Shown: positions 17,793 to 26,073 of the stretch, in pieces
Layout: each line of letters starts with the position of its first letter
Numbering within the stretch: the stretch's first letter is position 1
DNA from: a virus
Taxonomy: Duplodnaviria > Heunggongvirae > Uroviricota > Caudoviricetes
Reading direction: 5' to 3' (one strand)
Length of the DNA stretch: 64,000 nt
IMG/VR virus record: IMGVR_UViG_3300043451_000039
Span: 1-64,000 of that record
Notes under the pieces: generated by a model
Told to the model about the DNA's origin: nothing
The model's database searches: none
What the model saw: only the letters and a program-made list of their open reading frames with translations
Program-made: the position numbers and the translations under genes

Positions 17793-18053
17793 TTAGCCAC
17801 GTGCGAAAATGCCGTTGCCTGCTACTTTGTAAGCGAGGGCGAGCATACGCTTGCTTGGTTTACCGATGCGGTATTTAGTAGCAACTTTACCAGTGCTCAA
17901 TTTAGTTTCATTGCTGTAAATGCAATAGCCTTGTTCACGCAAAGAGCGAACTGCTTCATGTGGGTTCTTCAAACCGAAAGATGCTGAGATTTGTTTAGCA
18001 GTAAATGCCTTACCAGCCTGTAGGTGCTTCAAAAGAAGATTCTGTTTACTCAT
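17793..18053 (-). CDS. Small HTH DNA-binding protein (86 aa)
   Basis: Helix-turn-helix-like segment TAKQISASFGLKNPHEAVRSLREQGY. Confidence 0.45.
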   Translation of the reverse strand: MSKQNLLLKHLQAGKAFTAKQISASFGLKNPHEAVRSLREQGYCIYSNETKLSTGKVATKYRIGKPSKRMLALAYKVAGNGIFARG

Positions 18054-18086
18054 TTATTAGTAACTCCATAGTATAACCATCATATG

Positions 18087-18123
18087 AAAAAAACCAAAGA
18101 GGAGATGGCAGTAACCTCTTTGG
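18087..18123 (-). terminator. Rho-independent terminator (minus strand)
   Basis: 9-bp stem CCAAAGAGG/CCTCTTTGG with a 12-nt loop, followed on the minus strand by TTTTTTT. Confidence 0.5.
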
Positions 18124-18136
18124 TCGAAAGACGTGA

Positions 18137-18613
18137 TTAGACTTCGATGCCGTTCTCACGTAGAATCTGATTGAAGTCTTCCACATCTTGGTCAACTTCA
18201 ACAGAGTCATTGATAATCTTTTCAAGACGAGTAGTCTCGGAAAGATCGGTAGTCGCAGCAGATGCTTTCTTAGCAGTCACTTTGATTACCTTTTTATTCT
18301 TAACAATCTTCGCAGTGGAAGGTTTGTTGTTCAGGTCTTGAACATAGGTAGAAAGTTCTTTCTCAGTAGGAACAGGCAACTGATACAAACCACGCTCAAG
18401 TTTATTAGACTTGAATAACCAGTTAGGATAACCGATTTTCGGAGCACCCTTACTGCGTTTCGCAGCTAGATCCTGAGTAATGGAAACAACTTCTTTCAAA
18501 GAGATCTTACTATTTTTCTTAAGAGAGGGTTGCGCTTCAATCAAAGCCACAACACATTTCTTTTGAGCCATAGACAAGTCAGAAAATTTTAACATAATAA
18601 ATTCCTTTTTCAA
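18137..18613 (-). CDS. Hypothetical protein (158 aa), first gene after promoter P at 18626
   Basis: ORF in track; lysine-rich middle region. Confidence 0.45.
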   Translation of the reverse strand: MKKEFIMLKFSDLSMAQKKCVVALIEAQPSLKKNSKISLKEVVSITQDLAAKRSKGAPKIGYPNWLFKSNKLERGLYQLPVPTEKELSTYVQDLNNKPSTAKIVKNKKVIKVTAKKASAATTDLSETTRLEKIINDSVEVDQDVEDFNQILRENGIEV

Positions 18614-18625
18614 GTTTCAGATATA

Positions 18626-18654
18626 ATTATACAACAAATATTGCTGCAAGTCAA
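18626..18654 (-). promoter_or_regulatory. Sigma70-type early promoter: -35 TTGACT, 17 bp, -10 TATAAT
   Basis: Reverse complement reads TTGACTtgcagcaatatttgttgTATAAT. Confidence 0.5.
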
Positions 18655-18656
18655 GT

Positions 18657-19856
18657 TTAAAATGGAACTTCGTCAGAAGGTGTTGCAGCGACTTGCTCGG
18701 GAGCAGGTGCTACCTCTGGCGCAGGGTTAGCAACCATCTCATACAATTTCAAGAACGCATCTTTAGTTGCAGAGTCAAAACGATTGCAGCAAAGTTCCAC
18801 TGCTTTCTCACGCTTCTTGAAGATAGCGTAAGCACGAACAATGTGGATCATACGACGAGTCGTAATAGTTTCATCCACACCACCATCGGCGAAAGTGCGA
18901 CGAATTGAATCAGCCCACTTGACCAATGTTTCAGCGAACTCTTTATCGGGGCAACCGAAAGAGTCCATAAGATTTTCAATAATCTTACCTTCAACCTTTG
19001 CAGAAGGATAGTCCTGTTCAAAGGTTACGGCAAATCGTTCCAAGAATGCTTCGTTCAATACGTTGGTACCGATATAGCGACCATCGTCACTACCCTTACC
19101 CTTGGTGTTAGCAGTGGCAAAGATATTGAAACCTTCAGCGGGAACAATCATCTCATTCTTGAGTTTGAAGTAATAAGGTTTACCCTCGAGGATTGGTTGC
19201 AAGCAGAGCAAAGTGTTTGCTGAGCCAGCGTCAATCTCGTCAAGCAACAAAGTGCAACCAGTACGCATAGCGATAAGAACTGGACCCTCAACGATTTGGA
19301 CGTTGCCGTCTTCGAGGGTTTTGGTACCGATGAGTTGTTCTTCATCAGTCATCATGTTCAAGTTAACACGAATCAATGGACGTTTGTGTTTGGCACAAAT
19401 CTGTTCGACCATAGTTGATTTACCGTTACCAGTTGGACCACTGATATAGGCTGGGTAGAAAATCTTTGACTTGATAATATTTTCAAGATCAGAGTAGTTG
19501 CCGAAAGGCACGAAATTTGGATCCTTCTTTGGGATCAGCGACTGAACATCCGTATAATCCACTTGGAATGATTCCTCAACTTTAGGTTTCAATGCGGCAT
19601 TACCAACAGTGGCATTACCTCGACCATCGATCGCATACAAGCCACGACCGACTTTGGTTGTCATCAACCACTTGGGTGATGTTTTGGTGCCAAGAGCACG
19701 CATAGTTTCTAGCAACTGAGCATTTTGAACGACTCCCTCGGTTTTAACATCGGGGAACAACTCAAAGAGTTTACCTTCAAATTCAGCTTGAAACGCACTG
19801 TCAATTTTAGCCATCATTTTCTCCATAACAAAACTACTTTCAATCAATTTATACAA
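18657..19856 (-). CDS. cobS: CobS-like AAA+ ATPase (MoxR/cobaltochelatase small-subunit family); the real start is probably Met14/15 at about 19817
   Basis: Walker A GPTGNGKST, Walker B LLLDEID, sensor/arginine-finger region, size about 390 aa as in phage CobS homologues. A GGAG RBS sits 5 nt before Met14, and the predicted TSS of the promoter at 19859-19887 lies downstream of the first ATG. Confidence 0.7.
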   Translation of the reverse strand: MYKLIESSFVMEKMMAKIDSAFQAEFEGKLFELFPDVKTEGVVQNAQLLETMRALGTKTSPKWLMTTKVGRGLYAIDGRGNATVGNAALKPKVEESFQVDYTDVQSLIPKKDPNFVPFGNYSDLENIIKSKIFYPAYISGPTGNGKSTMVEQICAKHKRPLIRVNLNMMTDEEQLIGTKTLEDGNVQIVEGPVLIAMRTGCTLLLDEIDAGSANTLLCLQPILEGKPYYFKLKNEMIVPAEGFNIFATANTKGKGSDDGRYIGTNVLNEAFLERFAVTFEQDYPSAKVEGKIIENLMDSFGCPDKEFAETLVKWADSIRRTFADGGVDETITTRRMIHIVRAYAIFKKREKAVELCCNRFDSATKDAFLKLYEMVANPAPEVAPAPEQVAATPSDEVPF

Positions 19857-19858
19857 CT

Positions 19859-19887
19859 ATTATACGCCAACCTTGCATTAAAGTAAA
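19859..19887 (-). promoter_or_regulatory. Sigma70-type early promoter: -35 TTTACT, 17 bp, -10 TATAAT
   Basis: Reverse complement reads TTTACTttaatgcaaggttggcgTATAAT. Confidence 0.5.
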
Positions 19888-19947
19888 GCGATATTTTGTA
19901 ATCCCTTACAAAAAGTAGGGGAATAAATCCCCTTTAAAATCAACAAC

Positions 19948-22089
19948 TTACGCAACATACCCCACGAACCTATTGAGTAGGACTCGGGAAGTCTTCTTGG
20001 TATTGAGGAATTTAGTGAAATTCTTAGCAATAACCTTTGCATTCGCATCAGCGTTGACGCTCAATTCACCCTCTTGAATCTTGGTAGAATCTTGAGGGAT
20101 CAGGAACAAGTCATCGCGACCAGTGTTCTTGATGGAAGCAAAACCATTATCACGGAATTCTTTCCTCCAAGAATCAATTTGGTTTGAGTGATTACCAGCA
20201 AACTTAGGTAAGTTGGCATTGATAGCACTTTCCAAATCGCGACGAGCATTGCGGCAGATATAGAAACCAACAACCATGATATCATAACGATCTTTGATCA
20301 TACTCAAGATGGTGTTAGTTTGGATACCTGAATAGCGAGACAACTCATAAGTCTTTTGAGTCACTTCATCACGGATAAAGTGTTTCTGTTTGAACTTCTT
20401 ATATTGACGATTCTCATCGTACTCATAAGATTGCTCAGAAAGATCTCCCATGTTAGACTGCAGTGAACCACCCTCGCCATCGGTCAAAGTGATCAAAGTA
20501 GTTTTCTCGATATTGTTGTTCTTGATGTAGTCACCAAGATTCAAGTATACCCAAGCCAATGCTTCGTTCAGCGGAGTACCACCCATGCTATAACCATCGT
20601 TCCATTGGAAGCGACGATTGATAACACGACGAGCCATAGAATGGAACTCGGTAGTGGTCATCTTGCTAGAGAACAATTCCAACAAGTGGAAATTATTAAC
20701 ATTACTCAGGATACGCTTACCTTCGTGTTTGACTGCTTTTTGACGATAGAACTCACGCTGTTTATCCCAGTCATTCATACGATCGCGACGATCAGTATAC
20801 TGAGAAGTAAAAGCAAGAACACGGAAAGGAATCTGAATGCGTTGGCAGAACATAGTAAGGTTGATAACCTGCTTCAATGTATCTTCCATAACACCATCCA
20901 TAGAACCCGACCAATCAAGCAAGAATACCATGCCATGGTTTTTACCCTGAGGCAAAACAGTGACACGCTTGAACAAGTCATCCTGAAGTTTGTAAGACCA
21001 GATACGCTTCATATCAAGAGAACCAGACTTCGAGATTTGAGCACGCTTATACATCTGAGCCGACTTCTTCATCTCAAACTCTTTGACCAAGTAATTCACG
21101 GCACGCATAGTTTCATTCTTGAACTTCTCGTAGTCGTTGTTACATTGAACAATTGTCAGTTTGTCTTCTTCAGTCATGGCGTCAGAAACCCAGTAAGGTT
21201 TTGTCTCAGCCAAAACTCGCTTGAAGTCAATCACAGGTGACTCATAATATTCTTTGTCAAACTCATAGTAGAAATACTTGGTGTTCTCATCAGCAAGATC
21301 TTCAAGTTGTTTGGCAAAGTTACGCTCAGTCTTAGACTCAAGTTCTTCTGGACTCGCAGCAGATGGGTCTTGCTTAGGTTGAGATTTGGACTTCATAGGT
21401 TTGAGATCCTGATCATCCATGTCATCCATCTGCTCGAAACCATCCATATCTAGATCGTCATCGTCAAACTCGCCATCTGCGTCATCATCAGATTCATCTT
21501 CAGGTTCAGCAGACAATTGTTGTTGCTTCTTCTTTTCCAGCTGTTCTTTTGAATAGGCATAGATCTCATCAGCCAACTCAATAACTTCTTCGATCGTCTC
21601 AGTACGCTCAGCACGATTCACGAATGGTTTCTCGTCAGGTGTAAAGGTAACACCGCATGTGAAGCCAGCTTTGAAGTAAAGGTTGATTTTGTCGATCAAC
21701 AGCAAGTCGTCAAAATTCTGAACTTGTTTAACACCAAAGAAGTCACGATCGTTCAGTTGTTTGTAACCTTCGTTCATGCGCTTACGCAGACCTGGATACT
21801 TACGCTTCATCATCTTCTCAATGCGAACATCTTCGAGGACGTTGAGGTAGCCCATCATCTTAGGGTTATCTTGGATCGGTTTCAGATAATCATCGCCAGT
21901 GTAAAGGGCATGACCAACTTCGTGACCGACAAGCATATCCTCGATCTCAGGTGTCATATCTTTCCACAGAGGCAAAGTCAACACACGATTTTTAATATCA
22001 AACGATGCAGTGCGTGTTGGAGCACGAACGACTGAAAGGTTTTCAGTAGCCAGCAGTCGCGCCGACAAGTCACTTGTTTTATTGTCCAT
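19948..22089 (-). CDS. cobT: CobT-like protein with C-terminal von Willebrand factor A (vWA) domain and a central poly-acidic tract
   Basis: 713 aa with a vWA MIDAS-like motif (VFLLDWSGSMDG) and the acidic stretch EDESDDDADGEFDDDDLDMDGFEQMDDMDDQD, typical of aerobic cobaltochelatase CobT-like partners of CobS. Confidence 0.6.
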   Translation of the reverse strand: MDNKTSDLSARLLATENLSVVRAPTRTASFDIKNRVLTLPLWKDMTPEIEDMLVGHEVGHALYTGDDYLKPIQDNPKMMGYLNVLEDVRIEKMMKRKYPGLRKRMNEGYKQLNDRDFFGVKQVQNFDDLLLIDKINLYFKAGFTCGVTFTPDEKPFVNRAERTETIEEVIELADEIYAYSKEQLEKKKQQQLSAEPEDESDDDADGEFDDDDLDMDGFEQMDDMDDQDLKPMKSKSQPKQDPSAASPEELESKTERNFAKQLEDLADENTKYFYYEFDKEYYESPVIDFKRVLAETKPYWVSDAMTEEDKLTIVQCNNDYEKFKNETMRAVNYLVKEFEMKKSAQMYKRAQISKSGSLDMKRIWSYKLQDDLFKRVTVLPQGKNHGMVFLLDWSGSMDGVMEDTLKQVINLTMFCQRIQIPFRVLAFTSQYTDRRDRMNDWDKQREFYRQKAVKHEGKRILSNVNNFHLLELFSSKMTTTEFHSMARRVINRRFQWNDGYSMGGTPLNEALAWVYLNLGDYIKNNNIEKTTLITLTDGEGGSLQSNMGDLSEQSYEYDENRQYKKFKQKHFIRDEVTQKTYELSRYSGIQTNTILSMIKDRYDIMVVGFYICRNARRDLESAINANLPKFAGNHSNQIDSWRKEFRDNGFASIKNTGRDDLFLIPQDSTKIQEGELSVNADANAKVIAKNFTKFLNTKKTSRVLLNRFVGYVA

Positions 22090-22271
22090 TATTTTACCTC
22101 CGATTCAGCAAGGTCCATTTCAAAGTCAGTGAGAAGGGTCTCAATGAATTCACGATTCAACAAAGTAAGGTCATCGCCCCACTTCAACTCTTCTTCCATA
22201 CCGTAGGTATAACAGAGTTTGGCTAATTCATAGTCATTAAAGTCAGCCCACATGTCTCTCGTAATCTTCAT
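22089..22271 (-). CDS. Hypothetical small acidic protein (60 aa), translationally coupled (ATGA) to the CobT-like gene
   Basis: ORF in track; lies between promoter 22303-22331 and the cobT-like gene. Confidence 0.4.
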   Translation of the reverse strand: MKITRDMWADFNDYELAKLCYTYGMEEELKWGDDLTLLNREFIETLLTDFEMDLAESEVK

Positions 22272-22302
22272 AATATATCCTTTTCAACCAATTTATACAA
22301 CT

Positions 22303-22331
22303 ATTATACCCCAGACTAGAATGAAAGTAAA
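22303..22331 (-). promoter_or_regulatory. Sigma70-type early promoter: -35 TTTACT, 17 bp, GGGG, -10 TATAAT
   Basis: Reverse complement reads TTTACTttcattctagtctggggTATAAT. Confidence 0.5.
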
Positions 22332-22394
22332 GGGGATAAAAATCCCCTTTAAAATCAACAACTTACAATCCCCTACTATCCGTAGGGTTATTGT

Positions 22395-23546
22395 TTAGAA
22401 TGCGAGGTAGTTGTAGCCTTGTTCCTTCTTACGGGTCAGGATACAGAATACGTTGCCTTGTTGGTAAGTAAACTTACCATCGTTTGCGTCAACCTTAACG
22501 ATGTTGTTCGGGGTGAAAGTAATTTCATTGTAGAACTCATCATCTTCATCAGCTGAAGTAACAGCAACAAAGTCTTCATCATTGGCACCACCACCAAAGT
22601 TGTAGTCAGTCTTTGAGTACCAACCGAAAGTAATGGAACCATTAAGAGGGTTACCATTCCATTCAGTGCGGACATTGCGTTCTTTTACAGGCTCACCATT
22701 AACAATCAGCTGAGTCTCAAACTTACCACCATTGTTGAATTCAGGTTTAGCATTCAACATCTTCAGAGCATCTTGCGGAGTTTCATCGTAACGATTCATT
22801 TCCTCAACCAATGCCTTCAGCATATCAAAGTTAAATTGCTCAAACAACGCAGCAAGATCAACGATCTTGTCAATGTGAGATTTATTCAAAAGAACATCCT
22901 CGCAGTATTCACGGATGAAGTCTGGCGTCAACCCTTTAAAGTCAAGCATGTAGTAGATACGACCTGGACGGTTACGCATATGTTCGTTGACACGCCACTT
23001 GTCGTTACAAGTGATAACAAACAATTTACGAGAAGGGAAAACTCCATCAAGCAGAGTCAATGCTTTTTCTTGGTCATCGTTATCGTAAACCTTCTCAAAC
23101 TCATCAAAGAGAATGATACAAGGTTGCTCGATATCCTGCATGAACTTGTTGAAACCATCACCAGTCCAAGGTGCGTTGATAATGATAGTTGGGATACCCA
23201 TCTTTGCGCCCTCGATAGACAGGGTCTTAGCCAATAGGGTTTTACCTGAACCCTTTTCGCCATTCAGCATCACACCAGTGCTAATGGTGCGATCCATGAA
23301 CGTGCGAAGAATTCGATCGGCATGACGAGTCGTATCACCATACAACTTAGTGATCTGTGGGAAAGCATCAACCATTTCTAGAAAGAACTGGTCAGCCATC
23401 TGGTTGTACTTAACAGTGTAGTTGCCAACAGGCAAGGTTTTGCTTAGATCCATTGCTTCTTCAGAAGCCACACGGAAAGTATTACCAGCACGCAAAAAAT
23501 AAGACATCTCAAAACTCCATAATATTGAACACAAATTATACCCCAA
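22395..23546 (-). CDS. AAA+ ATPase of unknown function; the real start is probably Met14 at 23507
   Basis: Walker A GEKGSGKTLL and Walker B ILFDEFEK. GGAG lies 8 nt upstream of the 23507 ATG, and the promoter TSS (about 23528) is downstream of the first ATG at 23546. Confidence 0.55.
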   Translation of the reverse strand: MGYNLCSILWSFEMSYFLRAGNTFRVASEEAMDLSKTLPVGNYTVKYNQMADQFFLEMVDAFPQITKLYGDTTRHADRILRTFMDRTISTGVMLNGEKGSGKTLLAKTLSIEGAKMGIPTIIINAPWTGDGFNKFMQDIEQPCIILFDEFEKVYDNDDQEKALTLLDGVFPSRKLFVITCNDKWRVNEHMRNRPGRIYYMLDFKGLTPDFIREYCEDVLLNKSHIDKIVDLAALFEQFNFDMLKALVEEMNRYDETPQDALKMLNAKPEFNNGGKFETQLIVNGEPVKERNVRTEWNGNPLNGSITFGWYSKTDYNFGGGANDEDFVAVTSADEDDEFYNEITFTPNNIVKVDANDGKFTYQQGNVFCILTRKKEQGYNYLAF

Positions 23547-23563
23547 GACTTAATAAAAGTCAA
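23535..23563 (-). promoter_or_regulatory. Sigma70-type early promoter: -35 TTGACT, 17 bp, GGGG, -10 TATAAT
   Basis: Reverse complement reads TTGACTtttattaagtcttggggTATAAT. Confidence 0.5.
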
Positions 23564-23576
23564 GGGGTATTTTCAA

Positions 23577-24971
23577 TTACTTGTTGCTGTTCTTGCGAAC
23601 TTCTTCGAAAGTAATTTCGTTGATAAGTTTGCCATCACGGAAAACTTCTTGCAGAACCTCAGTCCAACCAAGACCTTTGTCAGTCCAGCCAGTGGGCTGA
23701 GTAACAGCAGAGCGATGCTCACCACCAGATTCCCAAAGGGTTACACGACCAGCCTTTGACTTCTTGCCAGAATCAGTAACAGGATCTTTCTGAACATCAA
23801 CCCAAACTCCGTTGATCTTAGCAGAAGAACACTTCATTGCGAACTTCTGAGTATCACGATCAACAATTTGAAGAAGAGCACCGCCCATACCGAAAGCAAT
23901 GTTATCAGCTGACCACCCATAGGCTTGGAAGCCACCGAGAATCATGCGGATAGTGTGTTCATTAACACCATCACCTTGGATCAAACGAACATTGTTCAGT
24001 ACTTTGAATCCTTTGGCGTTGGTTGTATAACCGAATTTCTCTCCAAGGATTTGGACGAGTTTGCGGCATACGGTGTCAGGATCACCAGAGTCGGGACGGA
24101 TAACCACAGTCGCACCAGAGACGATAACTTGCTCCTTGAGTTCTTCACCCCAGAGTTTGCTTGCTGCATTGAAGATGTCATACGAATCACTCACAACTGC
24201 CAAGATAGAACCTTCACGACCGAATTGCTTCAGCATATTCTCATATGCCTTCACTTCATTGTCTCGCCCCCAGCTTGTGATTGTGCTGTGCTCTGCGGCT
24301 GGGATTGAGAAGCCTGCGATACCAGCGTTATAATACTCACGAGCATAGAGCAAGCCAGTAATAGTATCAGTGCCCATGAAGTTAACCAAGTGGGACGCAC
24401 CCCCAACTCCAGCAGACTCAAGGCTAGATACACCACGAGCACCAAAATCGTGTAACTTAAAATCGATAGTAGAAGGGTCACCAGTTTTCTCCAAGTAGTC
24501 AAGAATAATTTTCTTGATAGATTTAGATTGTGTTGCTACAGTTGTAGGATACCATACAGCACGAAGCAAAGCAGTTTCCAAATAAGTTGTCAACCAGAAA
24601 CATTCTGGATCAGTGTTTTCAATTGTCGCCAGAACATTCTTAACAGGCACCACTGTGCCTTCAGGAACAGCACGAATAACAACTGGAAGGAATCCGTTAT
24701 GTTTGGTAAGGATATACTCCCAACCAGCACGGTTGAATGGTTCTCCGTGTGCAGTGAGAATTTCATCTGCGATATCGATATCGGCTTGGGTAATTGGTTC
24801 AAGTAAATACTCCTTGATGAACGCTTGAAGACCGAAGAATACTGTTTCATCATAGCGTCCGCCACGAGATTCAATATATGAATATACACCAGTTGTACCA
24901 GCTGGATATTGTTTGAACATGCTAACTTTGTAGCTGTCTGTGTTCAACAGAATGTTTTTTGCGAGTTTCAT
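23577..24971 (-). CDS. nadV: Nicotinamide phosphoribosyltransferase (NAMPT/NadV)
   Basis: 464 aa with NAMPT-family length and motifs (NTDSYK...GTDT...DSYD). Adjacent to a NadM-Nudix gene as in KVP40. Confidence 0.85.
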   Translation of the reverse strand: MKLAKNILLNTDSYKVSMFKQYPAGTTGVYSYIESRGGRYDETVFFGLQAFIKEYLLEPITQADIDIADEILTAHGEPFNRAGWEYILTKHNGFLPVVIRAVPEGTVVPVKNVLATIENTDPECFWLTTYLETALLRAVWYPTTVATQSKSIKKIILDYLEKTGDPSTIDFKLHDFGARGVSSLESAGVGGASHLVNFMGTDTITGLLYAREYYNAGIAGFSIPAAEHSTITSWGRDNEVKAYENMLKQFGREGSILAVVSDSYDIFNAASKLWGEELKEQVIVSGATVVIRPDSGDPDTVCRKLVQILGEKFGYTTNAKGFKVLNNVRLIQGDGVNEHTIRMILGGFQAYGWSADNIAFGMGGALLQIVDRDTQKFAMKCSSAKINGVWVDVQKDPVTDSGKKSKAGRVTLWESGGEHRSAVTQPTGWTDKGLGWTEVLQEVFRDGKLINEITFEEVRKNSNK

Positions 24972-24988
24972 GATTATCTCCTAATCGA

Positions 24989-25963
24989 TTAAAGTTTTGC
25001 GAAAGCAGGCATTGGCATAACACCTGTTACTTTTGAAATGATGTCCTTATGGTCATCATACATTTCAATGCTGTTAAGTGCTTCAGTAAGTGGCACCCAC
25101 TTGCACATAGCAGCATCGTCAGCACCATTAGCACGTGGCAATGAGTAGTCAGGGTTTGGGCTGATACGCATATACACTGCCATGGTGTTTCTTGGAATAC
25201 CAAATGAACGATTTGGATTATCGAACAATTCAGTCTTCACAATCGAGCCACGTAGAACCTTCTCAGGAACACGGACATTTGTTTCCTCGATTAACTCTCG
25301 GATTGCGCAGTCGAGAAATGTTTCTCGCTGATTTTTAAAACCTCCAGGAACTGCCCACGCATCTTTTCCTGGGCTGAACTTTCTTTGAATGAGAAGGACA
25401 TGCCCCTGACATTCAAGGACTGCATCTGCGCAGTTGAAGTTGAGGGTTTCTGGGAAGGGATAGTCTTTAAATAATTTCTTTTCATTTTGATAAAATTGAT
25501 AATCACCGAGCACAGTCTCAGGCATATCAGGATCTTTTAAATCAAACATGCGTTGACGAATTTGTGTGGCATTCATATTATATTGCGCTTCAATACTTCT
25601 AAACTCTAGTTCTGGGAACCACTTGAGGTAATCATTACCTTCTTTCATGTGTCCAAATAGAATCGGTGAACCCATATTGAAGTGTTCAATTGTGGCGCGA
25701 ACATCAGACATCCATTGAGTGTCTGAATATTTGTAATCGTTTAGTGGGATAATTTCGTAGTTGGTTATCCGAGCATTATGCAGCTTCAGGTGAAGCATTT
25801 GCTTACGTTCATCAAACGTCCAAGGGTTTTTAATACTACGACAGACGTTGGAAGAACCAACTAGGATGTACAGTTTTTGTACTTGGGATGCAGCCAAACC
25901 CAGTGCGTGGATATGACCTTGATGTGCGGGCTGGAATCGCCCAATAAAAATACCAGTTCTCAT
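24989..25963 (-). CDS. natV: Bifunctional NMN adenylyltransferase / Nudix ADP-ribose pyrophosphatase (NadM-Nudix, NatV)
   Basis: N-terminal nucleotidyltransferase motif GRFQPAHQGH (HxGH-type) and a C-terminal Nudix box (GGFKNQRETFLDCAIRELIEETNV). Confidence 0.85.
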   Translation of the reverse strand: MRTGIFIGRFQPAHQGHIHALGLAASQVQKLYILVGSSNVCRSIKNPWTFDERKQMLHLKLHNARITNYEIIPLNDYKYSDTQWMSDVRATIEHFNMGSPILFGHMKEGNDYLKWFPELEFRSIEAQYNMNATQIRQRMFDLKDPDMPETVLGDYQFYQNEKKLFKDYPFPETLNFNCADAVLECQGHVLLIQRKFSPGKDAWAVPGGFKNQRETFLDCAIRELIEETNVRVPEKVLRGSIVKTELFDNPNRSFGIPRNTMAVYMRISPNPDYSLPRANGADDAAMCKWVPLTEALNSIEMYDDHKDIISKVTGVMPMPAFAKL

Positions 25964-26014
25964 TCTTATCTCCTAAGAATTATAAGGATTGACTACCAAC
26001 CCTTTTATGTATTT

Positions 26015-26043
26015 AGTATACTACATCTTTCGTTTAAAGTCAA
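26015..26043 (-). promoter_or_regulatory. Sigma70-type early promoter upstream of natV: -35 TTGACT, 17 bp, -10 TATACT
   Basis: Reverse complement reads TTGACTttaaacgaaagatgtagTATACT. Confidence 0.45.
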
Positions 26044-26073
26044 GCGAAATTTTTGACCCTTCTTGCAACAGGG

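Noticed and set aside
19826-23546. First-ATG starts of the cobS-like gene (19856) and the AAA+ ATPase (23546)
   Set aside because: The predicted transcription start sites of the conserved promoters immediately upstream fall downstream of these ATGs, and better RBS-supported internal ATGs exist (19817/19814 and 23507).
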